Of a stretch of 64,000 bases of DNA, positions 13,286 through 25,890 are shown one piece after another. The translations under genes and the position numbers were made by a program. Numbering within the stretch: position 1 is the first letter of the stretch; every line of letters begins with the position of its first letter. Source of the stretch: Octopus vulgaris (taxonomy: Eukaryota); assembly GCA_951406725.2 (NCBI GenBank), contig OX597817.1, positions 113,894,001 through 113,958,000 on the forward strand. The letters are read 5' to 3'. The notes below the pieces were generated by a model. That model saw nothing but the letters and a program-made list of their open reading frames with translations. It had not been told where the DNA came from and ran no database searches.

Positions 13286-14530
13286 TTTTCGATAAGACCA
13301 ATGCAATGAAAAATGTATCAATGTATCCTGTGTTAATTAGAAGAAAGTACTTGTAGTATAAGAAAACCGAAGCAGACATGAGGGGAAAAGGAGGTATAGT
13401 TTGATCTCAGGTAGATGAACCACACAGATGGTAGATTAGAGAATTAAAAAGAATGGCAGCATGCTATACTGCAGATCTGCCCAACCCACACAAAGATGAG
13501 AAAAATAAATGAAAACATTCAAGCATATGCACATGCATTTGAAGCTAATCACTTTTTCCCTTTTATTTTTCACTTTTTTCTATTTGTTTAGGCAACAAGA
13601 TAAACACACAAAAGTGAGAAATTTGGAGTAACACTAAAGTGAATTACCAGCCTCAAATGAATAAACTCAAATTTTTTGAGTACTACTTCTCCTGTCTGCA
13701 GATGCATACATGATTAGATAGATAGATTATATAAATAGATAGTTTAGATAGACAGATGGATTAGATGCAAAGAACATAAGAGTGAATATATAGACAGACA
13801 GGAGGTTTTGTCAAATAAATGAAATAGTAGTGGCAAATAAAGCTTTAGGTTGTTGACTAGCTGAAATGTGTAGCTGGTATTTTGTTGTTTATCTGAGCTA
13901 AGCAGTGAGTAAAAGATAGCGAGTTTTCATTATAAAGTTACTTATAATAGGATAATGTCTTATCCTGGGAGATGGTATCTTCCACCCACTTAACAGTATG
14001 GAAAACCAGAGTTCAATACTAACCTAGTGAATCATTAAGATTTCTGAAAAGATCAATGCATTAAATGAACATATGGTTAACACCTGTTCAATTCTGTATA
14101 AGAGTCATGTCATGCGTTCAATGAACACAAACTGTTGATCTTTAGCCAGTTGGGGGTCCAATGTCATGAGACTAATAAAAAAAGGTGCTGGAACTTTGAG
14201 GCATGAAAATCAGGACATGTGGTTAAGTTTGTTTTACGATCACATGGTTTCAGGTTCAACCCCACTGCGCAGCACCTCAGGCAAGTATCTTGTTAATTGC
14301 CAGTTTAAGGATTATCTATGAGTAGTAGTTTCTTGAAACATTTTTCTTACCAGTCTTGGAAGCCCTACAAAAGATAATGGGCGATGTGCTTCTAATGACG
14401 ATGACAGTCAAAAAAGAAAGAAAGAGGTCAGCCAATCAAAAGATGCCAAAACAGATGACAGTTTTAGTAAGGAGAAAAAAAAGAACATGTATCAAATTTA
14501 TCAATTTAGTAATTATTTGTTTAAATTATA

Positions 14531-15135
14531 GCTCTCTCTCTTCTTGTGTCATGGCATATTCATACTATTGACGAATCATAGCTTGTCCCTCCTCCATTTA
14601 TTTCTGTCTCTTGCAACATCACCCAGATCTTTCTCGCTCTGCACATTGATTCTTTTCTTCATTCAGTTGAACATCTTCATTCTCTGCCTTCCTCTCGCTC
14701 TCCTTCCCACCAGTTCAATCTCCACCATGTAACGCTTCATTCCATCATCTTCTTTGAGAAAATGACCAACAAATCTCCACTGTCTCTTTCTGATAGTATC
14801 CATCAACTGTCTCTTCACTTTCATCTTCTTTAACACTTCCACATTCGTCCACCCACTGTACCCTCGAGATTCTAAGCATTTTTCTATAAAACCACATTTC
14901 TGCAGCTTTGAGTCTCTTCTCCATGACTTTGCTTTAGCACCGACCAGATGTAGCACTTCAATAGTCTTTTCTTGACTTCCATTCCAATTCTCTTTGCACA
15001 AAAAATGCTCCTCGTATCTATAAAAGTCTTCTATGCTGATCCAATTCTGCACTTGATATCCTTATCTGACCTTCCATCTGATGCTATCCAACTTGCCAGA
15101 TATATGAAACTGTCCTTCTGCTCTATTTTAATCAA
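14531..15135 (-). pseudogene. RTE-clade LINE, reverse transcriptase C-terminal/3' end remnant
   Basis: Minus-strand translation includes DSFIYLASWIASDGRSDKDIKCRIG and TNVEVLKKMKVKRQLMDTIRKRQWRFVGHFL...GRRARGRQR, typical RTE/BovB RT C-terminal motifs, frameshifted. Confidence 0.85.
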
Positions 15136-15269
15136 CCCCTCCGCAAAAGGATAAAAAGTAAAATTACAGATGACATATTTAAAAATACAATACTTAAGAA
15201 ATCAATAATGTTACACCACACCATTTATGTAAACAGAGAGAGTAGATTCCAGTCACCTTCAACTTTGAT

Positions 15270-15590
15270 ATATTTATTCATGTTCTGAGTTCACATTCCA
15301 CTGAGGTCAACTTTGCCTTTCTTCCTTTCGGGGTTGATGAAATAAGTACCAGTCAAGCACTGGGTTGATGTAAATTGACTTACCCCTCCCACAAAATTTC
15401 AGGCTTTGTGGCTACAGTAGAAAGGATTTATTTACATCATCAGTCCTACAGTACTTAACTTTTTTTAATCAACCCCTCCACAAAAGTGTAAAAAGTAAAA
15501 TTTGAGCTTGATGAAATTTAAAGTCAGAACATAAAGAGCCAAATGAAATACCCTATGGCATTTTGTCTGATGCTCTAAAGATACTGTCAA
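15270..15590. mobile_element. two fragments of tRNA-derived SINE family S2 in opposite orientation
   Basis: gttctgagttcacattcc...ggtcaactttgcctttcttcctttcggggttgatgaaataagtaccag(+), followed by a minus-strand fragment. Homologous to 47811-48033. Confidence 0.7.
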
Positions 15591-16339
15591 TCAACTAGTA
15601 GTAGTAGTAGTAGTGGTGATGGGGTGGGGTGGGAGTGGAGGTGGAGCTGGCAGCAGTAATGACTCCTTTTGACTATGAATACAAGCTTAATTTTGTTCTA
15701 AACGAAGATAACTACAATCTTATTATATTACTTGCTCTTATTTCATTACCCCTTATGTATGTTTAACATGCACAGGGCTGCTTGCTTGTTTTTCTAGGCA
15801 ACACAGTACCATGCAAACCTTTAAGGTGACAGGTTAACAGTAGCTCACAAATAATATGGAGGTGATATTCTGATATAATTAAATGTCCTTACTACAGCTA
15901 ATCTCCCACCCTATAAGTATGTGTGGTACTATGTCAGCCAAGTAAACAGAAGTTAGCAGCTAAGTGCAAATTAACATTTTCCCCTAGACTTTAATAAAAA
16001 AAATACAAGTAGACTTTTCTTTGATAAGTTGAAAAACCCCTATATTTTAGAGGTAAGTTATCAAGTGCTGAAATGTTCATACTTGTTTGAAGGAAATTAA
16101 ATGACTTAAGTGGAGTAAAATATCCTGAATTGTGATTGACTTTGAATTGTGGTCCAAGACTAAAATCTAAAATCCATGAAAATTTATGGAGTAAGTCTGT
16201 TAGGGTTTTTCTTCTTGCTCAATTCTACAATATATGCCTGCATACATTAAGAGAGCTTTTGATGAAGACTGCTCCAGCTGCAATCATCCTGTCTTTACTT
16301 ATTTTCAGGCATAGTATATCTTGGAATATTTTATCCAAT

Positions 16340-16620
16340 GTGTATGAAGGGTTATATACACTATTTATAATGGACTGATAGGTGTCCTCATCTTGTTTGT
16401 TGTTAACACATTTCAGCTGATGTACTCTCCAGCCTTCATCAGGTGTTCTAGTAGAATTTCGAACCCAACCCTTTATTTGACTAATGGAGTACACTGTTCC
16501 CATTCCTAAAGTATGTTACTTATGTTATTTTTTTGTTGATATTATTTTTAAGTCCTTGCCTTGGATTGAACTTAGAATCCAAGCCCACGCTTTTATCCAC
16601 TATATGTCTGTGGGCATGTC
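16340..16620 (-). mobile_element. older single-arm copy of the tRNA-hammerhead element
   Basis: Minus strand AACAC-CTGATGA-AGGCTG...CAGCT-GAAATGTGTTAACAACAAACAAGATGAGGACA (~16380-16447). Decayed tRNA-like head at ~16560-16605 and centre motif tatatgtctgtgggcat. Confidence 0.65.
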
Positions 16621-17927
16621 ACATCCTCACCATTTTACTCAACTGGTAACAAGTGGAATATCAACATTCAGGTACACATACACCACATCATATATGTATG
16701 TGTGTGTGCATGTGCACACATGACAAGCTTCTTACAGTTTCCACCTAGCAAATTCACTCTCAAGGCATAAAGGAATGGTCTCAAATAACTGCAAAGAGAA
16801 ACAATATGAATATTCTTCTTTTCTATAAGATATAAAGAATGCTTGTTTATTAAAACAATAAAAAGGAGCTATAGAAGAAGACACTCACCCTATGTGCTAC
16901 ACAGTGAGACTGCATGCAAAACCATGTGGTGCAAAATGAACTTTAACCACACAGCAACTCTTAGTATATTTATTACCAAACTTTATTTAAACTTCTGAAG
17001 TTACAATGTATTATTTAAATTTCATAGAAGCTGAACTCACAGAAACAAAAAGAAAAATAAGAAAAAGCTACAGTTACTGAAATCACTGAAGGGTATCTCA
17101 GAGACACCAAATACCATTTATACCAAGCAAAAACAATCCAAGGAACATTTATGTTAAATGATGATGTTTCTAACATTGACACATACGAAAGGATAAATTA
17201 GGTACTTTCTTTGTAGTCTCACAGTATTCTTAATAAAAAAAAAGAAAAAACCCAAATTACAAAAGATATTTCTCTCTCTCTCAAAATTATTAATTTATTT
17301 ATTTGATTCATTTGTCATTGTGACTCAAAGAACTGATACAATATTCAAATAGGCAATGAAGAAAATAAATTCGTTTTACTAATAGAGAAATAGCTAAATA
17401 ATGCATTCCACTTCTAAAAAAAGCATGTAGATCTAGGAGTGTTGCACTCTCCTCCACAGACCACCTCTGCATGCTCATTTGTAACATTAGAGGAATGGTT
17501 CTCAACTGGTTGCTAAGTGACAATACGTGAATATTCCTACCTCCCACATCATATAAAGGATAGTTGTTCAATAGAACAATTGAAAGGATAAAATCATTAG
17601 TTGAAACTTTAGAGTTGAATATGTCACAGGCAAAACTCGGTAGCACACAACGAAGACTAGCAGTGCAAGTGCTCAAGACAATTATAAACTGTTTCATGCA
17701 GTCCGTATCAACAGAAGGCTGAATTAAGTATGTATTTTGAAGGATGGTTGAACAAACATTTCAGCACTACCTTACAAATTATAGATTCTAAATATTAAGT
17801 GATATTTATAAAAATTTTTTACGTCAGTCTTTTCTTGTTTCATTTTCCATAGAAAATAGGATTGAATTTCTCAAAACGAAAGTGCGACGTCATTTGGTTA
17901 ACTACAAACAGAAATTATATTCTAGGC

Positions 17928-17969
17928 ATATATATATATATATATATATGTTATCTTACTGTTTTACCA

Positions 17970-18000
<31 letters not shown>

Positions 18001-18126
18001 AATACATACGTATATATATATATTTATATATGTATGTATGTGTATATATATATACATACATATATAAATATATGTATGTATGTGTATATATATATACATA
18101 CATATATAAATATATGTATGTATATA

Positions 18127-18157
<31 letters not shown>

Positions 18158-18166
18158 ATGTGTATA

Positions 18167-18197
<31 letters not shown>

Positions 18198-18206
18198 ATG
18201 TATGTG

Positions 18207-18237
<31 letters not shown>

Positions 18238-18384
18238 ATGTATGTGTATATATATATACATATATAAATATATGTATGTATGTGTATATATATATATATA
18301 CATATATAAATATATATATGTATGTGTATATATATATACATATATAAATATATATATGTATGTGTATATATATATATATATATA
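17928..18384. repeat. TA-rich minisatellite (~30-bp unit catatataaatatatgtatgtatgtgtatatata)
   Basis: About 11 recurring catatataaat units separated by variable (TA)n. Confidence 0.9.
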
Positions 18385-18603
18385 GGTAAACGTTAAAAAG
18401 ACACAAACTGGGACAAGAACGTGAAACAATTTGAAGACGACAAAAAAACACAGACGGGACTTTCGAAGCTCTCAGTCATCAGTCAAGAACCAGATCATCT
18501 TCGCAATTTCGGCTGATTAATCTTGAGATTGCTCCAATCTGGGCAGCCCGCCAAGGAAATCTAAGCCAATCGCATTAGATTCCTTGGAAGAAAACCTCGA
18601 AAG

Positions 18604-18649
18604 TATATACATATATAAATATATATATACATATATAAATATATATATG

Positions 18650-18709
<60 letters not shown>

Positions 18710-18818
18710 AAGACATATAAATATATATATATATATATACACATATATAAATATATATATGTATATATATATATACACACATACAGACATATAAATATAT
18801 ATATATATATATATACAC

Positions 18819-18866
<48 letters not shown>

Positions 18867-18913
18867 CACACATACAGACATATAAATATATATATATATA
18901 TACACACACAGAC

Positions 18914-18944
<31 letters not shown>

Positions 18945-18959
18945 TATACACACACAGAC

Positions 18960-19000
<41 letters not shown>

Positions 19001-19003
19001 GAC

Positions 19004-19034
<31 letters not shown>

Positions 19035-19208
19035 TACACACACAGACATATAAATATATATATATATATATACATACATACATATATATACACACACAGA
19101 CATATAAATATATATATATATATATACATACATACATACATATATATACACACACAGACATAAATATATATATATATATACATACATACATATATAAATA
19201 TACATGTA

Positions 19209-19261
<53 letters not shown>

Positions 19262-19270
19262 TTATATAAA
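18604..19270. repeat. TA-rich minisatellite (unit cacacagacatataaat(at)n)
   Basis: More than 10 recurring catataaat units separated by variable (TA)n. Confidence 0.9.
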
Positions 19271-19794
19271 TTTTGGTCAACCCGAGGCTACAGTAGATAA
19301 CACTAGCCCAAGGTGCTATGCAGTGGAACTGAACCCAGAACCATGAGGTCGGGAAGCAAGTTTCTGACCATCCATTTATATATACATACTGATACACAAA
19401 CATGCACACACACACACACACAAGTGTATGTACTTTCTGCGGAGGTGCAGAACTACTCAATTTCGTCTATGTAGCATAAACACCAGGTGAAGAAAAACTT
19501 CAAAATATAACCTCTACAGAATTATGGGTATCTTTTAACATGAAAAACTCTCAAAGAGTATTCTCTGTCACAAAACCTACATTTGAAATAGTTTCTGCTC
19601 AAGCATATCACTGTATATTTAGCTTTATGTCCTATACATACAAACTATACAAAAGAGAGCGGCATATGTGTCTGTGTCAGGCTGAACGAGCATATGTCAC
19701 AATAATCCTATGATCTACAGATGTCTCATTAATGAGCTGGCTATCATCTGACTAGACGAAGAAGTCACGCTGTGTGCATATTTGTAAATTTATA

Positions 19795-20066
19795 AATAAA
19801 TATACACACATACACAAATAATACACATGTACATTTATATTATATCTATACATATAATACATATGTCTATGTGTGTGTGCATATAATACATATGCCTATT
19901 GTATGTGCTATATATATATATATATATACATACATACACATATATACGTAATACATGTACACATACACACAATATGTATATATATATGTGCATAAATATA
20001 TGAATGTAAATGCACCTACATATACATATGTATATACATACACATTATACATACATATTTGAACAT

Positions 20067-20097
<31 letters not shown>

Positions 20098-20300
20098 TAT
20101 ATGTATGTATATATAAATCTATATATGTATATATATGCATGTATATATATATATATATGTAAATATGTATGTATATATGTATATATGTACATATATATAT
20201 GTAAATATGTATATATATGTATGTATATATGTACATATATATATGTAAATATGTATGTATATATGTACATATATATGTATATACATATATATATATGTAT

Positions 20301-20334
<34 letters not shown>

Positions 20335-20381
20335 ATGTATATATATATATATATATATATGTATATACATATATGGATATG

Positions 20382-20416
<35 letters not shown>

Positions 20417-20425
20417 GTGTTGTGT
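19795..20425. repeat. degenerate (TA)/(TATG)/(CA) low-complexity tract
   Basis: Direct inspection. Confidence 0.9.
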
Positions 20426-20839
20426 ATTGTCATCTCTTCTTGTATTTGCAGGTCCTAAGGAGTCTTATAGGGAGGGGGAATCTACAAATTGCTTGGATAA
20501 TCTTAAGACAACCACACACACAGACACACAATGCTGAGTAAAGGTATATTAAATGCCCTTGAAGATAAATTCTTGATTTTCATAAATTATTTTTCCTTGA
20601 AGAGAGAAAGAATAATCAAACACTTTATGGCAATTGCAACCAACTCAAAATGAGGAGAGATAATCACAAGAATCACATGCTGTTAAGGAAAAGACATTTC
20701 GATTGTCTGGAGAGATGTGAACAACCTGCTTCAATAGGTATCATCAGCACAGCAATGCAGTTGATACCTACTGTCCTACCATGGATCTTGCAGATGAGAT
20801 TGTTTTACATCTATGATGGAATCTCCCATCAAAGATGAC

Positions 20840-21072
20840 ATATGAGCATTCAGCTTTTGCCAAACGAACTGCACAAATGATTTGTTCATGCTACACATTA
20901 GTTCACTCTCTCCATCAAACTGACGTTTTTTGAACAGGTGCATAGTATACCATGTGTCAAAGTGATTGCAGAGCAATGAGAGATGAAGTGTTTTGCTCAA
21001 GAACTCAATGCACCACCCAGTCTAGGAATTGAAACCACAACCTTGCAATGGTGAGTACAGCACCCAAACCAT
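20840..21072 (-). mobile_element. tRNA-derived SINE, family S4 fragment
   Basis: Minus strand tggtttgggtgctgtactcacc...ggtttcaattcc...ttcttgagcaaaacacttc. Homologous heads at 21860-22010(-) and 50945-51055(-). Confidence 0.65.
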
Positions 21073-21451
21073 ATGTATGTGTTTGTGTAACTATATATAG
21101 AGAGTGAGCTGAAAATATTTATGGTCAATGTAATTTGCATAAGGGAAGATGATTTCAAGGAGTCAAGAATTTATTTAGTAAGACGTTTGATATACATATA
21201 TTTGACTTTACTGACAATATTCATGCCACCGGCCAGTCTGAGTTATTTCTCTTAGTTCAAGTTTGGGTAAATTATGCAAATTAGCCTGAACCATAAACAT
21301 AGTTTTTGAGGCTTTTAGTTCATCAGATTGATCCTAGAACATAGTTTATTCTAGTACTTATACTATCAGTCTCTTCCAGGCCAAACCACTAAATTACAAT
21401 GGACATAAACAAATCAACACACGTGTGTCTGTGTGTTTGTGTGTATGTATG

Positions 21452-21510
<59 letters not shown>

Positions 21511-21533
21511 TAGGACAATCGGTAAGTTGTCAT

Positions 21534-21663
21534 AAGAGAACTCAGAGTTTCAAATGCCGGAGCTAAAGGCTTTGCGGCACTTTCATCGGCTATTTTTGAT
21601 GGCTATAATAGCCAATGAAAATGCCCCAAAACTTTTAGCTCTGGCATTTGAAACTGAGTTCTT

Positions 21664-21664
<1 letters not shown>
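21534..21664. mobile_element. foldback element with hammerhead-like arms (Penelope pLTR-like), inside (TA)n
   Basis: Inverted arms 21534-21594 and 21607-21664. The arm reads AATAG-CCGATGA-AAGTGCC...GGCATTT-GAAA-CTC-T-GAG-TT-CTCTT. Confidence 0.55.
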
Positions 21665-21710
<46 letters not shown>

Positions 21711-22240
21711 AATTCCTTTATTTTCATATCGAGGTCTCGTTCTTTTGTTGTCATATCAGAAAGGATCAAATGTCCTTCTCAATCCATAGACTCTCTAAAG
21801 CTGGTTTCCTAGATTCAGTGGTGTAAATATTCCCTCCACAGAAAGGACACTATTTGTCACAGGATTACTCATTTTTGCCAATTGAATGAACTGGAACAGC
21901 ATGAAATGAAGTATTTTGCTCAAGAGAAACACATTTCCTGGTCCAGGAACTGAACCCACAATCTTATGATCATGAGTGTAACACCCTAACCACTAAGTCA
22001 TGCGTCACCACATGCACATGTAAATGTATATATTTACATGCACACACAAACACAAAATGCTTATGCACAGTTCCCATCTGCCAAACTTATAGACAAGGTA
22101 TTGGTTGACCCAGCACTAAATGTAGATATCACATGTTCCAGTGTGCTATGTAACAGGGCAGAACCCATAACCATATGGTTGAAAAGCAAAGTTCATGACC
22201 ACACAGGTATGTATACATAGATGTGCCAGTGTTATATACA

Positions 22241-22715
22241 CAGGGTGTTTCAAAAAATTTGATATCATTTCGCAATCTAATAACTTTGCCAGTTCTTGTT
22301 CAAGTGACTTCAAATTTTAACAGCATGTGTAGAAACAGGTCAAAATTTAATGTTTTATGTTTGATATGTTTAGTTTTCAGGTATAGAAATGGCATTCACT
22401 GGAAGAGAAAAGGCGTTTTGTGTGTTGGAGTATGCTGGAACACAGCTGAACAAGACTGTGTAGCATGCATTTGTGAGAGAGTTCCCTAAAAAGTCACCAA
22501 CAGCAATGCAGATTTGGACATGGTACAAAAAATTCAAAGAGTAATGCTGTCTGTGCTGGACAAAAGGATCTGGACAACCATTAACATCAGAGTGGGTTTG
22601 CCAAAAACTCTTGAGTAGCCTCAAGAAGTCCATAAGAAGAACAAGTCTGGAAACCCAGATTCCTCCAATGACAGTTTGGTGTGTCCTGAGGAAACGCTTG
22701 CTAATGAAATGCAGG
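22241..22715 (+). pseudogene. Tc1/mariner DNA transposon 5' fragment (TIR + DUF4817-like HTH transposase N-terminus, stops)
   Basis: TIR-like CAGGGTGTTTCAAAAA at 22241. From ATG 22389: MAFTGREKAFCVLEYAGTQLNKTV*HAFVREFPKKSPTAMQIWTWYKKFKE*CCLCWTKGSGQP...KKSIRRTSLETQIPPMTVWCVLRKRL. Confidence 0.85.
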
Positions 22716-23434
22716 TTATTAATATCATAATACCTAAGTGAAATATATTTATATTTAATAATTAATCATTACAAAACTTGACTGGGTTTGGTAAGAATGT
22801 GAACACATTATTTTTATGCTACTCACATGCATAAAAAAGGAGCCTCTCCTGCTTGTTGATCCCTCCTCAAGAAAGACTTAACTGGCTTTCTTGTGCAATC
22901 AGTATGGTGTGTTGAGCATAAAATAGATATGGTTTAATTTATGACAAGCTGTCAAAGGCTTAAATATGAAAATAAGGCTGTTCGTGATGATACTAGTAAA
23001 ATTTACGACTACTTTATATAGCAACAGATCTGTGCTATTGATTGGGAAGGAAACCGGTTACGTCTTTTCTGAAGAGCAGTTAACAAACCATGATCGGATT
23101 GGTCAGGAAACTCACTCGCTCTCTTATTCTCTACATGACAAGCATAAAAATAGAATTTTTAGATACTTATTTAACCCATGGTGAGGATTTGTAATGCTTC
23201 TATAAAACACACACACACATCTGTGTGTATATATACATGTGTGTGTGTGCGTAAATAGTAAGATAATGTTATGCAACTTCGTACTAATCCTTATTGTTAA
23301 AATTATTAATATATATATAGAGAGAGAGGAAGAGAAAGAGATAGAAAGAAAGAGAGAGAGAGAGACCTGTGTATGTATACGCACACACAGAAGCAACATA
23401 TGTATACACACATATACACATAGGTAACGTACTT

Positions 23435-23818
23435 AGGCGTGGCTGCGTAGTTAAGAATCTTGTGTTTCAATGTGGACATGGGTTCAGTCTCACTGAATGG
23501 CACCTTGAGCAAGTATCTACTATAGCACCGGGTCGACCAAAGCCTTGTGAGAGGATTCGGCAGATGGAAAGTGAAAGAAGCCAGCCGTGTATGTATGCAT
23601 GTGTGTGTATGTATGTATATATATATGCGTGTGTGTGTCGATCACCACTCAACATTTAACAATCAGTGTTGGTTTGTTTACATCCCCGAAACCTAGTGGT
23701 TCGACAACAGAATAAGTACCAGGCTTAAAATATCTAATGGGCTAGATTTATTCGACTAAAACCTTTCAAGGCAGTGTCCCAGCATTGCAGCAGTACAGTG
23801 ACTAAAACGAGAAAAGAT
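23435..23818 (+). mobile_element. tRNA-derived SINE, family S1 (full length, CpGs partly retained)
   Basis: ggcgtggctgcgtagttaag...gggttcagtctc...ggcaccttgagcaagt...gactaaaacgagaaaaga. Confidence 0.85.
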
Positions 23819-23842
23819 ATGTGTGTGTGTGTGTGTGTGTAA

Positions 23843-23896
<54 letters not shown>

Positions 23897-25799
23897 GATA
23901 TAGATAAATCATATGTGCACACACAGAGTTGTTCAGCCATTTTGTGCATTAACCAATTCTGAAATATCAATCAATACTTCTAACACACACACACAGAAAA
24001 TAAATAAATAAATAAATAAATAAAACAATGTTCAAAGCGCCAGCTTCGGGCAAATTACAGAGCATATAGAAAGGAAAACAAAAACATTTGAGAAACCAAA
24101 TAAATACATAAAATATGTGCTGTTTGTTCCGATGAAGATTACGTGATGCAATAAATTAAAATAAATGAGAAGATATGACTATTAAAATGGAATAGATAAA
24201 TAAATTACTAAGCATCTATATGAAGATACCTGTTACAATAAGTGCAACACAATGGAAATCATGACGTTTTCAAGATAGGATGAGGGATGATGATGAAGGA
24301 CCTATTTTGTCTTGAAATTTCAGAAGAATATTCTTAAGTTCATATTGATTTGTGTCTGTGTGTACACGCATACACACGTGTGTGTGTAGGAATGTATATA
24401 TGTATGTAAATATATATATGAAAACAAATATGTACATGTACGAATATGTGTGTATATATATATACATATAGTTAGGTAGAAAGGCAGATAAACACAGATA
24501 GGCTTGAGACGTATAATTTAATGAAGCAAAAAATGTTTTATATATATATATATAAAATATACATATATAGGTTAATATTAACCCATATATATATATATAA
24601 TATACATGTGTTATGTATATTATAATATATATAAATAAAATATATATATATACAAACGCATAAATATATACTCATAAAAACATATACGTATGTATTGAAT
24701 GTATTCGCCTAAAGCGAAATGACTAAATGTACAGATGATAAATATTCAAAGAACCTGTTTTAATGCTAATTAGTATAAAGAAACAGTGAGAGTAAAAAAA
24801 AAATTATTGATGGAAACGTTAAAATAAACCAACAAAGCTATCTTGTGATCTTATGATCAAAGCAGCTATCCTATTAATTCTCATGGAATAGTAACGGGTG
24901 ATAAATCCAGAAGAATTTGTTGCAGAAATGGGTGGAATGAGTTATTTCTAGAAAACAAACCAATGTAATATGAAAAACAGAGTTGCATGTCGATGAAAAA
25001 GAGAGAAGTGGGTGGGAACACTGAAATAAGAAATAAATAACTACAGGAATTATTTCCATTCCATCTTCGATAAATGTAACAAGTAGATAGGAGATAAACG
25101 GATTCGTTCGGAAACCAGAAAAATCATCTGAAATGACACTTAATCAATACAGATTATACAGATATGATCAGTACTAGTTATAATGTATGTGAAATGAAAT
25201 AAAAAGCAGATAATAAATGGATTTTTCAAAAATAGCAGTTATATGGAATCTGAAACCTTGTACTATTACAGTACAAGCAACTGGAATGTCAGGAATAACT
25301 GCCAATATTTGGAACTACAAAATGGTCAGCGGATGGAAACCTGTTAAATGGAGTAAACTTTCGCTTTTGAAAGTGTTTCTGAAGACATGTTTCACGTCTC
25401 ATGTACATTACTAATCTAGTTTTATTAAGGAATAGAGTAATCTGATGATATATCACCCGAACAGTGATAATAAATTACTAAGTTATCAATAGTAACATTT
25501 TCGGGGTATCGTGTGTGTGTGAGAGAGGTCAAACGAACTTATAGCTTGGGAAATGTAGGCAATCAATGAATGAGGTTAAAAATATTGTAGTTACTTAATA
25601 TAAGATCACAGTAATCGAAATCAACAATGTGTGTGATATATATTTAGTGTTCGACAAAACAATGAGATACAATGGGTTTAGAGAGCAACTGATGGGTTTT
25701 TACCATGGAAATATTAAGAATCATAACCGAGTATCAATGTGTTAAATAGACAGACATGCAAAGATAATAAAGAGGAGGAGTAAAATCATATATACTTAC

Positions 25800-25890
25800 A
25801 TTTGCGGTTGTTTCCAGATGATTGAACACAAGATAACACTTGCCTGCACGCTTTTTTAGATTTATTAAGTAGATATGATCTAGTCCTCAT
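25800..25890 (-). CDS. candidate first coding exon or uORF (MRTRSYLLNKSKKACRQVLSCVQSSGNNRK), unknown gene
   Basis: ATG at 25890-25888, open for 30 codons +1 nt to a strong donor AAAT|GTAAGTAT (intron starts 25799). It lies just downstream of a CpG-retaining region. No recognisable homology. Confidence 0.35.

Noticed and set aside
17862-20541. Long ORFs (up to 299 aa) rich in Y/I/C/V/M/H/T
   Set aside because: They are translations of (TA)n/(TG)n/(CA)n satellites that lack stop codons. The same applies to ORFs at 12.6-13.4, 45.7, 54.3-54.7 and 56.4 kb.
22981-23075. Possible C/D box snoRNA (GTGATGA ... CTGA)
   Set aside because: The terminal stem is weak, no convincing rRNA/snRNA guide was recognised, and it is antisense to the presumed host transcript.
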